This document shows positions 63,975 through 64,000 of a stretch of DNA of 64,000 nucleotides, piece by piece. Source of the DNA: Vicinamibacteria bacterium (GTDB taxonomy: Bacteria; Acidobacteriota; Vicinamibacteria; Marinacidobacterales; Marinacidobacteraceae). Both the position numbers and the translations under genes were made by a program. Within the stretch, counting starts at the first letter, position 1; every line of letters starts with the position of its first letter. The DNA lies in contig OZ241322.1 in NCBI GenBank assembly GCA_965199715.1, positions 512,001-576,000 on the forward strand. The letters run 5' to 3'. A model generated the notes under the pieces. The model ran no database searches. It saw only the letters and a program-made list of their open reading frames with translations, and had not been told where the DNA came from.

Positions 63975-64000
63975 GACACCCTCCTTCGGCCCCCTCGCGG

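Overview
High-GC (roughly 70%, by eye) bacterial chromosomal window with very tight gene packing. The gene content suggests an Acidobacteriota-like organism, which is inference only. Core genes: a complex I-like operon nuoA-B-C-D-H-I-J-K-N plus a 7Fe ferredoxin (no nuoEFG and no nuoLM), maeB, groES-groEL, mmsA, several peptidases and hydrolases, transporters and lipid-modifying genes. Accessory DNA: a defence-type island at 16.8-23.3 kb, several decaying TA or defence remnants, and an IS3 element whose substitutions are almost all A:T to G:C. The island holds an orphan hsdM, a fic gene, a frameshifted AlbA_2/HATPase gene and a second fic stub. It ends in an intact, translationally coupled pair of a DarT1-like DNA ADP-ribosyltransferase and an ADP-ribosylglycohydrolase (ARH/DraG fold). 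This pair is the best candidate for an undescribed system, because characterised DarT toxins are neutralised by NADAR or macrodomain proteins. The ORF track misses a SelW/Rdx-like selenoprotein (CxxU, UGA plus bSECIS hairpin) at the right end. Many genes appear to be transcribed leaderless, with a TANNNT box 6-7 nt before the start codon. No rRNA, tRNA or CRISPR array was seen. All family assignments come from recalled motifs, not database searches.
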